DNA of 64,000 nt from Eledone cirrhosa (GCA_964016885.1 OZ024746.1:43090001-43154000); one strand, 5' to 3'. Positions 1 to 14,540 are shown, counted from the stretch's first letter. Notes: a model not told the origin generated them from the sequence alone. Made by a program: numbers and translations.

Positions 1-419
1 ATAATCATTGCAGTATTTTAAAAAACTTTAGCGGCATAAATCTAAATATCACTTATTTAATACTATTTACCAGAATATTTTATGACACTGTAATAAAAAT
101 GTTGAAAGGATGTTATTTATATAAAACAAATAAAAAGGAAAAATGTGCACTTGAAAATATATGAAACTTGTCAATAATTCATTTTATTGAAAGTGGTGGA
201 GAGACAGAAACATTAGTAACATGTTATGCAATAATTAGTTATTTTATTTTCAAGTCCTGTTGGGTTAAATCATTGGTTTTCTTCACTCCAGGTTCAATGA
301 AATAAAGTTCAACTATATCCTAAGGTTGACCAATCAAATATATTCCTTAATTACAATATGTTGTCTTGTGACAATGTGAAAAGTACATATTTTTAATTTA
401 TAATAATAATGGAAAAAAA

Positions 420-812
420 TAATAATGAAATTATTGTGTACAGTGCTCAGGTGCACTACAACTCATCAAAGGTGCATGTATAGTACATAGAATAATGTTC
501 AAATGTCAGGAAAATGAACAGCATATGAGTCATGAAATACATGTGTGCGTGTGTATGGAGGGGGAGAGGACATCAGGTGCAGTGTTGGTGAATCTCAGGA
601 AGCATGGAGGTTTTAAAGGATGCAATGTTCCAACAGCTAACAACTGATGCAGATAGTTTGTTCCATGCTTCAGCAACTGTGAGCATGAAAAAAATGTTTC
701 CGAAAGTCATGGAGCTTTGCTGTTTTCTGACTTTGTAGGCATGCCCACGTGTGTTAGACACATGGAAATCTAAAAGGTGCTCATGGTTGTTGTTGGCAAG
801 ATGGTTAATATT
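420..812 (-). mobile_element. CR1-like LINE, 5'-truncated 3' fragment
   Basis: Reverse complement of 61035-61437. Encodes HVSNTRGHAYKVRKQ...FF..TVAEAWNKL, a typical CR1/L2 ORF2 C-terminus, and ends in an (ATT)n tail. Confidence 0.85.
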
Positions 813-924
813 TTTCATTTACAAGGAATCTTATTATGAAAGTAATATTAAAACATAAACTTAAGATACCATCTGCATGCAAAACGATAATTTTGAATAA
901 AACTTTAGCATGCATTAATAACCT

Positions 925-1108
925 GGTGGATTGGCAGTATCGGTAGAGGGTCGGATGCCATGCTTTCCAGCATAGTTACCTCCCTTTACGATCTGAGTTC
1001 AAATCCCGCCGAGGTTGACTTTGCCTTTCATCCTTACGTGGTCGATAAAATAAAGTACCAGTAACGCACTGGGTAATTGCTGGCCTTGTGCCTAAAGTAG
1101 AAACAATT
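925..1108 (+). mobile_element. tRNA-derived SINE, family A
   Basis: A box TGGCAGTATCGG, B box GAGTTCAAATC, central GCCTTTCATCCTTACGTGGTCGATAAAATAAAGTACCAG. Target-site duplication ATTAATAACCTG at 914-925 and 1106-1117. Multiple copies in the window. Confidence 0.85.
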
Positions 1109-2189
1109 AATAACCTGATTAGAAATAATTTTATATTGTGGAAAAGTCATTAGATTAATATTATTTTAATCACTTTGGCTATAACAGAAAACAACTCTAG
1201 ATATTTTGAAATAATTTTTAGATGTCAATGAAGCAATAACTTCATCATTTTTGCTTGCCAAAGTACTGAAGAGGGGGATCACTAAATAGACGTACAATAT
1301 TGAGAAATTAAATGGCAAATGTTATCTGGTAAAACAAACATCATTTGGTGCCATATAGTCTATTTTTATTTGAAAATATTTTACTATAAAAAATGAAGAT
1401 TTTACTCACAGAAATTTGAACTACAATTAAAGACATAGAAACCCACTTAACCAAGAATGTAAGCAGATGGATGTGTAAATAACAAAAGTGAGTTTTAAGT
1501 TAGAATTACAAGGAAGCAAAAGAGAATATACAATAGTTTAAGTCTTGGAATAAAAGAAAAAATATATATTTAAGGCTGAAATTAGGAGAAGGTAAAGAAA
1601 AAGAAGTGACCCATGCAAGAAATACTTTCAAGAAAGAGAAATAAAGATAATGTTATTTTTTTATCTGAATATGTTCTGAATAAAATGTTTATAAATATAC
1701 CAAGATAGTTCTGTTTTAGAATACAGTCTATGATTTCAGCAATTAAACGAGATATGCTATTCCAATTATGGTAACAATGCTACAAACCTGTCAACATGGG
1801 TGTAATCCAGCACTCAATAGTTTTTGCCATTCTGTTTAGGTTTACTTGACTTAATATTAGATAAATAAATACAACTAAAATAATAGCCTTGAGTATTACT
1901 AATGCATATCATACAGTTCTGTATGTCCCATTCGGGCAATCAAATATAAACACATTATATAAGTAGAGCACATGAGAAGATTTTAAGGATTAGCATGGTT
2001 TTCTTCACAGAGGGTGCAGAAGTAGCCACTTTATATTTATAGATATACAAAGTACACATACATATTTTATTCAGTGCTACACAAGACTTTCTAGTTTAAA
2101 CTAAGGATATATGGAAATATAAATGTATGAAAAACACGTTTGTAAGAAGAGGCATTTGTAAGAAGAAAGAAAAGTATAGCATGTTTATA

Positions 2190-2355
2190 ATAACAATAAT
2201 AATAATGAAATTATTGTGTAAAGTGCTCAGGTGCACTACAACTTGTCAAAGGTGCATGTATAGTACATAGAATAATATACAAATTTCAGGGAAGTGAATA
2301 GTGTATGAGTCATGATATACATGTGTGTATGTGTATGGAGGGTGAATATTAGGTG
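2190..2355 (-). mobile_element. CR1-like LINE 3' UTR fragment
   Basis: Matches 420-580 and the reverse complement of 61270-61437 (GTGCTCAGGTGCACTACAAC). Confidence 0.75.
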
Positions 2356-2964
2356 TTTTGATCAGAGATATTGAGTGGTAAATGATAGAATATGTTTTTG
2401 AACATATCTTGTTTACTGTTTCAACAGTTTGATACCAGTGATTAAAATTAGGAATCAGCTTTTAAAAAAATAATCAAGGTTATGAAGGAGAATCAAAGTG
2501 TGGAATTGCTGCATAAAACTAGTGTATTGTTTGATCAATGAAAATTACAGTATAATAAAATAACATTTTCATTAAAGATCAAACAATGCAAGTAACTTTA
2601 TAAATGAAGAACAATATCCTTGAAGTTGATGATAGAAAAAAGAGTTTTGGTGTGATGTCTAAAAAAGATTTGATGTTCCACAAAACATACTTCAATTTCA
2701 TTAAAAAATAAACTTTTAGTTTTGCCAATTACTGTACTTTTCTAAAACTCATCATTATTACAGAGAGACCACAAATTGAAATGAGAAATAGGATATCAGA
2801 ACCACAAATAATCTGGAATAATATCATAACAGAAAAAGGAAAATACACTAAAATGATAATGATTTGAAAGGACATGTATTCAGAACCTGGTCTGAAAGCA
2901 GAATCAGTATGTTCACAATGTGAAAAAACATGCAGTCTTTAAAATTCATGACCTATATTTCATG

Positions 2965-3001
<37 letters not shown>

Positions 3002-3280
3002 GTTCAAGAGTAACCAATCTTAAAGAGAGAGATGGAGATAGGAGAGGAGAAGAGATATTGGTGAATTAGAAGCCAAAGCGTAAAGGCATGTGCTCAATGT
3101 GCGATATGCAGTGGAAGGCAGCTAGGTGGCTGGGTTCATGCAGAGGTTAGGTGCACAGAGCTGGAAATATCCATTAGTTAAGCAAAACAAGACCACAAAT
3201 TTCACAAGGAAGACATTATTAAAAGATTGTCAACATAGTTTTAGTTTAATGTAAGGAATGTAGAGAATAATAATAATAAT

Positions 3281-4010
3281 ATTATTGTTCTTTGAGTCTC
3301 AGTCATTGATGTTATTTAACTGGAAAGTTTGTTGAAATGAATATCAAGCTGCTACCTGTAGCCTCAGATATTCAGGACGTATCGGAGGGTTCTTGCTGTT
3401 CCCAGCAAGCATGCCTTTTGAAGTGTTCCAAAAAGCGGGGCTGGACTAATCTTCTTTAACCATCCCTGGAAACTCCTTGAGATAGTACCTAGTGCGCCTA
3501 TGACAATCGGACCACTTTGAATTCATGGCAGTTCCAAATCTTTTTACCTCCCACTTTAAGTCCTGGTATCGGTTAATTTTCTCCCTTTCCTTCTCTTGCA
3601 CTCTCGTGTTGAATGGGCAGGCCACATCCACAATCAGGCACAATCTTTTTTCCTTGTGCAAAATCACCAGGTCAGGTCTATTGTGTTCCAGTTTCTTGCC
3701 CATCTGTATCCTAAAATCTCACAGTACCTTCACCTGATCGTTTTCTATCACCGACTCTGGCTTATGCTCATACCACTTCTCAGAATGTGGTAAATTGTTT
3801 ACTTTGCATAGGTGCCAGTGGATCACCCTGCCCATCACATCATGTCTCCAGCCTTTATAGTGAGTCTGGGCTAGGTGTTTACACTCGGATACAATGTGAG
3901 CCACAGTCTCCTCTCTCTCTCTCCACAGATCCTGCACAGTGGGCTAGCCTCCTCCTTGTAAATATGGTGTTTCAGCCACTTCGTTTTGAGGGCCTGCTCT
4001 TGCGCAGCCA
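3281..4010 (-). mobile_element. R4/Dong-like non-LTR retrotransposon fragment (restriction-like endonuclease), copy 1
   Basis: Frameshifted ORF with ETVAHIVSEC...RHD...LWDF...HNRPDLV...DVACP...EKINRYQDL (zinc knuckle plus PD-(D/E)xK endonuclease). Bounded by TAA/TTA repeats. Confidence 0.85.
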
Positions 4011-4520
4011 TATTATTATTGTTATTGTTCTTTGAGTCTCAGTCATTGATGTTAGTTAACTGGAAAGTTTGTTGAAATGAATATCAAGCCACTACCTGCA
4101 GCCTCAGATATTCAGGACGTATCGGAGGGTTCTTGCAGTTCCCAGCAAGCATGCCTTTTGAAGTGTTCCAAAAAGCAGGGCGGGGCCAATTTTCTTTAAC
4201 CATCCCTGGAAACTTTTTGATATAGTACCTAGTGCGCCTATGACAATCGGACCACTTTGACTTCATGACAGTTCCAAATCCTTTTTACCTCCCACTTTAA
4301 GTCCTGGTATCGGTTAATTTTCTCCGTCTCCTTCTCTTGCACTCTTGTGTCGAATGGGCAGGCCACATCCACAGTCAGGCCCGATCTTTTTTCCTTGTCC
4401 AAAACCACCAGGTCAGGTCTATTGTGTTCCAGTTTCTTGTCCGTCTGTATCCTAAAATCCCACAGCACCTTCACCTGATCGTTTTCTATCACCGACTCTG
4501 GCTTATGCTCATACCACTTT
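4011..4520 (-). mobile_element. R4/Dong-like fragment, copy 2 (shorter, head-to-tail with copy 1)
   Basis: Near-identical to 3281-3780. ORF ENDQVKVLWDFRIQTDKKLEHNRPDLVVLDK. Flanked by (TTA)n. Confidence 0.85.
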
Positions 4521-4861
4521 ATTATTATTATTATTATTATTAATAATGTCCGTTTACAATTGTTTCGCTACTCCATATAATGTTTCTGGATCAAATGATT
4601 ATAGATCATTATTGATCTGGTTCAGTTGAAGATAATTAACTTAGGTACAATTAGAGCAGCTCATCAGAACTTCAAAAGGAATATAAATTAAAATAAAGAA
4701 AGAATGTTACATGAATGTAATGTTCCATATATTGGTATTTCACTATGGTGTCCTGGGTGTATCTACTGTCCGCCATAGTCGAGCAGTACTCTTCTGTCGA
4801 GGCTGCATTGTGTGAGATCTGCCTATGGGCAACAAGATAATATTATTATTATTATTATTCT

Positions 4862-4947
4862 CTAGGGTGGTGAATTGGCAGTATCGGTAGAGGGTCGGAT
4901 GCCATGCTTTGACGCATAGAGTTACAGCCTTTGCCATTCTGAGTTCA
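4862..4947 (+). mobile_element. SINE family A, 5' head only
   Basis: TTGGCAGTATCGGTAGAGGGTCGGATGCCATGC...GAGTTCAA, then breaks off at the B box. Confidence 0.75.
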
Positions 4948-5016
4948 ACTATGTTGACAATCTTTTAATAATGTCTTCCTTGTGAAATTTGTGGTCTTGT
5001 TTTGCTTAACTAATGA

Positions 5017-5060
<44 letters not shown>

Positions 5061-8000
5061 ATTTAATAACTTCACAAAGTTTTGACTCTGAAATATAGTA
5101 TAACATGTTGGACATTTCAGCATCTAAAGGAGACAGTGTTGCTCGTAGAACTCAAACTGACACCTATCGCGTGTCTGATGGCTGTGCTATGAGTTACACC
5201 AAAGCAGATTGATAAAATTTCTATTAATTGAAGCCTTATATTTTTGGCCAATATGTAAAAAAACAATTTATATTTAGAAATGTCGAGCAGATATGAATTT
5301 TTTAAAATTATTTTAGCTGAAAGTTAACAAGCTTCCACGCTGGTTTTTTACTATGAATTCTAACAAGTTAGTTATATACATACTCGACATTAACATTGTA
5401 ATTTGATGCCTGTAGAAAAAGCTATGAACAGAGAAGGGTTGGAAATAGTAAATGTGGGATTCAGTGTGTGAGGCACAGCAGAAATATAAGTCAAATCAAT
5501 GGGATTTTGAGGATTATAATGGGTGAATTATATTTTTTGCATACTCAGAGAAGAAACCATAGTTACTGTTTTCATTTAGCTCCAGGTCAACCCTATATGA
5601 GCAGATCTATAATGTAAATTATTCTATGTAGTCTTGTGCATCTTATCTTAGTTTCAGGCATAGTATCTGCAGGACCATATTATTTCATATGGTCTTCTTT
5701 TACGAATGAAGGGAGATTTGGCTTCTATTTCTAGCAGGTCGAAAAATGATATGTAAGCTTCCTCATTAGCTCAACGAAACCATTATGTGAAGAAGCCATT
5801 TTAGTTTTAGGAGAAACAGAAAGCTAGTAGACAGTACACCAGAGAGTGAACTATTATCTATAACATATTGGTGAGTGAATGGTTATCTATAAGTCAGATT
5901 GCTATTAATTGTTTCATACTGTCTAGAATGTTTGTGAATGTCTGCTATATTGCCCCAGCTATGTGAGTAGTATTATAATGCAAAGTAAAGTTGTACCTTA
6001 TAAAGGTCAGCAACTATTTACAGCAAAAAAGTGTTTAGCCCTGAAGAGGATGTACAGCCTTAGATTGAGGAAATCAAATATACACCTTCCACTATATAGC
6101 ATTAAGAAATGAATAAATGTTAAAATATATTATCAGTTATTTTAATGTAAGTAAAGAAAGTAACAATAAAATTAAGAAAACAAAAGCTCTAGATGGCTGG
6201 CATTGTACCAAACTAAAAAAAAATGAATAATTAAAATATGGATTCATACTTAAATTGGTAAAAAAAAAATAGCATTTCTGAATATAATATAATGAAAGTG
6301 ATAAAAATATATTCACAAGTCCAATAGAAAGATCTTGTATATGTAAATAGCTTGTCAGTATTTTGTATATTTTGTTGCATATCTGTAAGGTGAAATAATT
6401 CAGACAAAATTGCAGGTAGAATATTAAAATATATGCCTACTGGACTACAATGAAAAGCAAATAACAGTACATTACTCATATGTACACATGCATATATACA
6501 TAGTTTTACATATATACTTAGTTAATATATAGTCAATCAGAGTATTTGCAAATTCCTGTCTGGAGTTACTGGGACCACATTCACTAATATGTTGGCATCG
6601 TTTCTAATTCTAGATGGTCTTCATAATGCCAACTACTTTATCAAATCTACAGGACTTATTTTATTATGGCACCAGTGATAATTTGTTCTCTTACAGTAAC
6701 AGTAACTCAGTTCATTTGTCAACCACTTTACGTGTACTAGGGGTATTTTACCATGACATCAGTAGCTGAGAGATTGCAATAGGCAGCTGACATGCTGGTT
6801 GTTGCTATGAAAATATGAAAAAAAAAAGAGCTTTGGCTTCTTTCCTATATACTAAATCCTAGGTCTTAGATAGGTATACTCTGAGCCCTTTTGATTCTGT
6901 TTCCACAAAAATAATTTCTATTGAAACTATTCCACGAATTCAGCTATACATATATATAGAGAGAGGTAGATATGTGGTTAGTGATGTATTGCTAAATTGA
7001 TAGACATGTTTTAAAGAGGCGACTGATTTAAGCTTATTCCCTGAAAAGTTATCCAGTTTCTAAGCCTTACATATTACTTCTGTCACAAACATAAATGCTT
7101 TGTTTTGTTTCTTTTCTCAATATGTATCACTTTTAATCTTTTTCCACGCCAGGAAAATTCACTGCAATTTCAGCAAGAAAGCCAGAGTTTCTTAGTTAAA
7201 TGCATAACCCATAGAGCTTGTTTTTTTTAATCTTCCTTATTGCTATTCAAGGTAAAAAAAATACAAAATATATTTTGCCAGATTTTATGAAAACCTTTCA
7301 TGTATAGCTTTAAGCTACAGTCTGCTGGTTTCTTTTATTATTATTTTTATTTTAGGAAAATAAAGATTAAAATATAAAATCAAAGGTAGTTGCATTAGGA
7401 AATTACTTTTCTTCAAAGAGTATACAAACCTTTAATGTAGTTATAACCATGTAATATTTGTTGTGCAAGTTGATACACTAATATTTGTATCTTATTCATT
7501 GTTTAGTACCATACTTTGTTATATTGGTTCTGTCAAATTAGTTCTTGGTTTTATAAAAAAAAAATATGAAAGATTGTTTTCAAACAAGAAGTTTAACATA
7601 CAAAAACTTTAATAAGACAGGTACACTATCTTTAAGAGGCACAGTGAAAATACATTGAGGAAAGAAAGAAACAAAAATAGTGTGTGTTAATTGTTCATAA
7701 AGCATAAAAGAAGTTAAACAAAATTTTTCAATGAATAATCTCAAGTTTAAAAGAGCCACTTTAGACATAATTTAATCTTGTACTATCAGCATTTATAAAA
7801 CATTAATGAATATAATGTGAGATCACTCATCTAAGTTTAATGGCTATAATGCATTATTTGACCTCAATTTAATACAATATATGCTTCCAATTTTTATAGG
7901 AATATCTAATTAAATAAAAAGTAAAAAAAAAAGAAAATATACATTCCAGTTTTATAAATGGTTAAAATAATCTATTTTCAATATTGAACAAATGATGTCA

Positions 8001-8611
8001 TTATATGTTGTGATAAGATATCATATATAACAATATAACTCATTCTACAAACATTACATTATAGAAATCTTATGACTGGATGATATATGATGTGCTGCTC
8101 TGCATACAAGTTTTCAAGTGTTCTGCAAAATGAATGAATGTTTTACAACATAAAACTGAATAGTTTAATCATGGAAAAGTATATTTTCCTCACTACATTC
8201 ATCTAAAAAAAACCCAAAAAAACCAGAGCACCTGTATGTAAACTTTCATAGTCTCTTATACAGTACACCCATCTCTAATTATGTAATATTTCTTGAAAAC
8301 AATTATCTCTTTTAGACTAGGTATTCTAAATACTTTAGTGGTTTGACACTTTTAGAGAACTAACATATCTTGGTGAAAATATTATAGCTTTCCATTACAG
8401 AAATTTGCAGTGTTTTAAATAAGATATGAGACCAAAGCGTACAAACACCTATATATACATTCATTTACATACATTGCGCATGTACACACACACAAATATA
8501 CAAATATATATAAATATATATATACATATATATATACATATATATATATATACATATATATAAACATACATATATATATATACATACATATATATATACA
8601 TACATATATAA

Positions 8612-9378
8612 ACCACTCAAAAAGCCTGGCATGGAGTTCCGACAAGTTTATGACATCACACCTTGAGGGATATCTCTATGCAATACAGGAACAAGAACTC
8701 CCTACCAAATATCTACTGCACAAAAGAGGAGGGCCAGCAGCTGACAATAAATGTAGGCTATGTAAAACAAAGATCGAGGATGTAAGCTACATTGTTGCCA
8801 GCTGCGAAAGAATGTCATCTCGCTACTACCTCCCCATGAGACACGATGGGATAGCTAGAACCATCTGGAACGCACTTTGGAAAACAAAATTAACAACAAA
8901 CGAGGAAGAATATATTGAGACAGATGGCACTAAGGAATACTGGTGGAACCTGAAAATAAAAACTGCCACCAAATTAAAGCACAACTGGCCTGATATTGTT
9001 GTTTGGGACCACACATTGAAAACTTGATGTAAACGTTGTCAGAAAAATACAGGAGAAGGAGGACATCTACGGACCATTGATGAGGAGTTTACAAATCCAG
9101 TATCCAAGATACACCTTTAGCTTCATACCCATAATTATTGGAGCTACAGGTTATATACCAACCCGCTTGGACTAAAGTATGACTGAACTTGGATTTGCGG
9201 ACAAAAAGCGCAGCTCCCTAATTCATAGTCTACAAATGGCTGCGATAGCTGGCACCTTCAAAATTTGCAAAACATTCTTGCGATTCAAGGGATGACAATT
9301 TCTTTTCTTTTACAACCTTGCCACCAGGAAGGTGGCTGGTCAAAAAAAATGTACTCAAAATTAAGAGAAAGAGATAAT
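8612..9378 (+). mobile_element. R4/Dong-like non-LTR retrotransposon 3' fragment, second family
   Basis: EGYLYAIQEQELPTK...CRLC...EDVSYIVASC...RHD...WWN...HNWPDIVVWD. Bracketed by TA/TACA microsatellite. Confidence 0.8.
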
Positions 9379-9500
9379 ATACATACATATATATATACAT
9401 ACATATATATATACATACATATATATATACATATATATATATATACATATATATATATACATATATATATACATATATATATATATACATATATATATAC

Positions 9501-9531
<31 letters not shown>

Positions 9532-9548
9532 CACATATATATATATAC

Positions 9549-9611
<63 letters not shown>

Positions 9612-9748
9612 CATATACATATATACACATATATATATATACACATATATATATATACACACATATATATATACATATATATATATATATACATACATAT
9701 ATAAATATACATATATATATATATATATACATACATATATATATATAC

Positions 9749-9779
<31 letters not shown>

Positions 9780-9780
9780 C
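9379..9780. repeat. (TA)n/TACA compound microsatellite
   Basis: Direct inspection. Confidence 0.95.
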
Positions 9781-11425
9781 GCGGAAAAGTAAGAAATAGG
9801 AGAATAGACCGTTAATACATGTTTATTTAAAACAGCACCTACGTATGTTACGCCCGGATGGGCTTCTCAAGGGCATACATACTAAAAGTGTTCCTTACAT
9901 CGCCGAGAAAGTGTTTTTGGAGGTAAGTTCACGTCAGAGTTCATTCTTCGCAAAAAAAGCGTGTTTTGATTTTGCAGTACGTCAAGGGAGGTAACTCTGG
10001 CCGGTTTTAGGGCAGTCTATCCTGGACAAATTTTTTATCCGTTGCAAGATGTGGTTACAACCTTACCATTGTCGATACGCACAGGGTCAGGTAAGCAACG
10101 TTTGTTTTGAGACGTTGTTTTTCTGCACCTGCCTGCCTGGGTCATGTGAAGCTGGGTCTGGGATGCATGGTTAGTTTCCGGATGTTTTTTGCAGTGCCTG
10201 CCTGCCGGGGTGTTAAAGCTTGTTGCAGGGAGACCCGGTATGCGGTTTCACTCCTCATCCTTATCCCATCTGAAGAAGGATATTTTAAAGCGATGTGTAC
10301 AGCTTATCGTCGTTTCAGCTCTGCTGTTGATGAGTTCGTGGGGTGCCGGAAGTTGCAATTTCTGTCGCGTTCCCTTCTAATTCCTACGGTAAGGCTATCA
10401 TTATTGCTATCTATGTTGTTTTCTACGCTCCCGCACCTGTTGTTAGCACCATTATAACCCACTGTGCACGGGGTGGTACCATTATTATTCCGCACGTCAT
10501 GTCCTGCATGTTCCCCAGTCATGTCGCGGACATGCTGGTTGCATCTGTAGAGTCTGTTGCCAGCACTATTGGATGCTGCTAGGGAGTCGTTAATGCCGAT
10601 ATAGTTATTGTCAGGTGTAGGTGCGTTGTGCTAAGGTGCTGTGTCTTGGTGATCTTACTGTGATTAGTTGTTCCTATGTTGTCTGCTAGGTTAGGAGTAG
10701 TAGAGAAGAGAAGGATATTTTTATATTGTTCCTATTAAGGGTTTTTCTATACCTATGGTTGGGTGGGAAGTTCTTCTCTAAGGCTTCGAAGAATATCCGG
10801 GGTATCTTGGAACCATAGGACGTTACGGTGGCGATTACGTGTCCTTGTACGTTTACTACGGGTGGTTCCGTCCAGGTGATCGTTCTTATGCATGTTAATG
10901 CCCCTTTTACTTTATGCTTGGGTGCACTCTTCTTCCTTCTTCTATGTTTATGTACAGGAAGATGTTGGTTGGAAGGCGTTGGTAGTAGGCCGTCGCCTAT
11001 GTTGATTTTATAGTAGGGGAATAATTCGAGTAGGTTACAGTGGTCACTGTCACCGAGGTTTGTGATCTTTATTGTGTGGTACGTAAGTTACCTATACCAT
11101 TGCCAGTGTAGTTAACATTGTGGCCATGTTCCTTAGTGCAATTATCTATACTATTATATCCGACTCCTATGAAGTCGCCGCGTGATCGGTTATAGGTATG
11201 GCTTACTATAACGTTCGTCTTATGAGGGGAGGGGGGGGGGGGGGGTCTGGAGCTAGCGTTAGGGATATAGGAAATTCCTCGCTTAACGCCAGCGCTTATC
11301 AAGGCCCTATTGTAGTAATCTGCCGCTTGGTTGAAGATATCCTCATTGGCGAAGGGCCTCGAGATCCTATGTGAGATGCTATAGACTATGGAGTTGAGAG
11401 TCTGCTTAGGGTGTTTGGAGGCATA
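9781..11425 (-). mobile_element. Degenerate Penelope-like element fragment
   Basis: SKHPKQTLNSIVYSISHRIS...NEDIFNQAADYYNRAL resembles the PLE RT C-terminal region. HHR-like motif and AATAAA near the 9781 end. TA-rich microsatellite on both sides. Confidence 0.6.
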
Positions 11426-11479
<54 letters not shown>

Positions 11480-11489
11480 CATACATACA

Positions 11490-12071
11490 CCTCTCCAAGA
11501 CAATGTCACTGGACCGAGACCTTTGGCGGTACTCAGTAATAGAGAAGACCCGCCTTACTTAAATACAAAGTAAAAACCTACTACAGTCAGTAGGCATCTC
11601 TATCAAAACACACCCCGTCCCACCACCTCCACCCCACCCACACCGCCCCTTTCAATGTAAAGTTATGTTGGTCCCACAACATCCAGGCCGAAACAAATGA
11701 GATCGTGTAGGTGTCACGACAAAAAACACACAGTCCACGCTGTAAATGTGGCCGTGTAGGCAACACGGTAAAAACCTCCCAGCCCCACACTGTAAATGTG
11801 GTTGGTGTTAGGAAGGGCATCCAGCTGTAGAAAACCCGCCAGACAGTCCACGCTGTAATGTGGCCGTGTAGGCAACACGGTAAAAACCTCCCAGCCCCAC
11901 ACTGTAAATGTGGTTGGTGTTAGGAAGGGCATCCAACTGTAGAAAACCCGCCAGACAGTCCTATGCGAGCAAGACAACCACTCTTGCCTCAAGTGGGAAA
12001 ACCCCCGTCCAAACCCATGCAAGCGTGGAACACGGACGCTAAACCTGATGATGATGATGATGATGATGATG
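11490..12071 (+). mobile_element. RTE-clade LINE 3' end with (ATG)n tail
   Basis: Reverse complement of 62236-62690. Internal tandem duplication of about 113 bp (11730-11955). Confidence 0.85.
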
Positions 12072-12075
12072 ACAT

Positions 12076-12108
<33 letters not shown>

Positions 12109-12285
12109 GAGAAAAAGTGAGCTCAGGGAAATAACTTAAGTGGACTAAAATCATGATTTTAGACAATTCAGGTAGGTGGTGATTCACTGAATGATGTACA
12201 TGAAATAAAAATATCAAAGATTTACAAGCAGAAAATGAAATCCAAAAGATTCTTCCCAATTTAGCAAAATTGAGCTAAAGGGAAA

Positions 12286-12324
<39 letters not shown>

Positions 12325-13073
12325 CTATTCTCTCTCCCCATCACAGAAACATTTTTACTTCTGCCCTAAGATGTCTCCCCATCACAAGCAAGTAACCACG
12401 CAGCCCATAAAGCACTGTTTTTCTCTCTCCCCTGCAGAAATATCCAACCTGCCTCTGGTAATGGAGGATTTAAATCTTAAAGCTAAAACCATCAATATTT
12501 CTCAGTCTTTCTACCTTTTTATCTATTCATCTTGATAGCTAACTATCTCCCTATCTCTTTAGACACTGACTCCGCATCTCTCCCATCTTGTTTCTGTAAA
12601 TTCTGTCTGAAATCCTTCTCTTCATGAATGAGAAAACTGTGTTCTTCTAATAAGGTTTAATATACCTCAAAAGTTCATATTTTCTGTGAAATTATTTCTA
12701 AATTTCCTAAAGTTATCTTTCCTCTTCTTTAACATTATCACCAGATTTTTGTTTTATTTCTTTAATAGAGAGCCATTTGTTAATTCATTAAGATTTTTCA
12801 GTATATTGTCACTTAACAATATGTATAGTTTGGCTTGATAATGTCTTTGATATCAGCTATAACCAACTATGTCTTCTCACAAAATGTGTCAACATGTGCC
12901 TATGTCAGAAATATATATGAACATGGAAAATAAATATATATATTCAATACTCTTTCATAAAAGATAGCGAGGTTCAATGAAACTTGTTGTTGTCATTAGA
13001 GCTCAGGTCAGCCCTGATTCAGAAGATCTATCATCAAAGCTGTTCAAGTCATGATCATTCCATCTTTGTTTAA

Positions 13074-13260
13074 AAATTGTTTCAACCTTTGGCACAAGGC
13101 CAGTAATTTTCCCAGTGCATTACTGGTGCTTTATTTTATCGACCCCATAAGGATCAAAGGTAAAGTTAACCATGTCAGGATTTGAACTCAGACCATGAAG
13201 GCCGTAACTCTATACTGCAAAGCATGGCGTCTGACCCTCTACTGATACTGCCTATCCACC
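13074..13260 (-). mobile_element. SINE family A
   Basis: Reverse complement of 925-1108. Confidence 0.8.
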
Positions 13261-13925
13261 TTTATCTAAAATATAATGAATCCAAAACATTATCATGGAT
13301 ATATATATATATATATAGCCATGCTTTTCTTTTTATTAGAGTAGGGTATGATTTAAGAGAGATATTGTTGCTGCTGAGGGTAACTCGTTTTCTCTAAAGA
13401 TATAATTAATGTTTCTAATTAAATACTTTATATTAAGTAGGATTGGTGTGGATCTTAATATTTTGTGGAGAACACATGGGCTGGGAAGAGTTTGAGAGAG
13501 ATTTTATTCAGAATGAAAGGCTTTTAAAGATTAGTATGAGTTTTAGTATATGAATCATAACAGAGGGGTAAACAGAAGTTGGTGCACTATATGGGTTATA
13601 GTCACAGAAGTATACAGCAAGTTCATAGAAGAAACCATTGTAGTTGTGATGGCAGAGTATGAGAACATAGAATAATCAAATAAATTAAATTCATACATGC
13701 AAGTAAATATTCTCTTTAACCTGTCATATCCGAATTTCATGTTCATTTATTGTGTGGTTAAAAAATATAAATAATAGTGGAACCACATATACAATGAGAG
13801 TTATCCATGGCATGGTAATTGCTCATTGAAAATTATTTGTATGCATTTCATGAGGTAAAATAAATATTTTGAATATTTTAAAATTGAGTAGGCATCATAA
13901 AACGCAGCTGCTATATATATGTGTG

Positions 13926-13971
<46 letters not shown>

Positions 13972-14467
13972 TATATACCGCAACAATAAAATACACCCAC
14001 CCATAGAAACCAAGCCAAAAATGGAAATTAATAATGAGACATGGACCCAAAGTTGTCTTGGAAGATAGTAAAAATCACACCCAAAACAGTAAGCATTTTA
14101 AGGCCATTATTCCTGCTAAGTACTTTACATATATATGTAGCTGGCATGTTAATCATCCTCTACTCTCATACCACTACGTTTTCAATTTATGTACCCAGTG
14201 CATATTGTATATTTAATGTAGATTACTCCAACACCCTTCTTGTGCTAGACTACCTCCCTGTTCTTTCCACTTCATCACTTGCATTTATCACTTGCTATAA
14301 CTTTTGTTTTTACCATGCCTCTATATATTCCTTGCACAAATTCATCTTATTTTTCAATCCATCCATTATCACTATTGAGAAGGTAGTAACTATATATAAA
14401 ATATGAATTGAACTGTGATGACACATTCCATCCATGCAAGAATGGTCATGAAGTTGCAAAATGATAA

Positions 14468-14540
<73 letters not shown>

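Noticed and set aside
4595-4675. Minus-strand CTGATGA with downstream hairpins
   Set aside because: Stems I and III cannot be closed; likely chance or too decayed.
11730-11955. 113-bp tandem duplication in the RTE 3' UTR
   Set aside because: Explained by ACAGTCC microhomology; absent from other copies and without functional signal.
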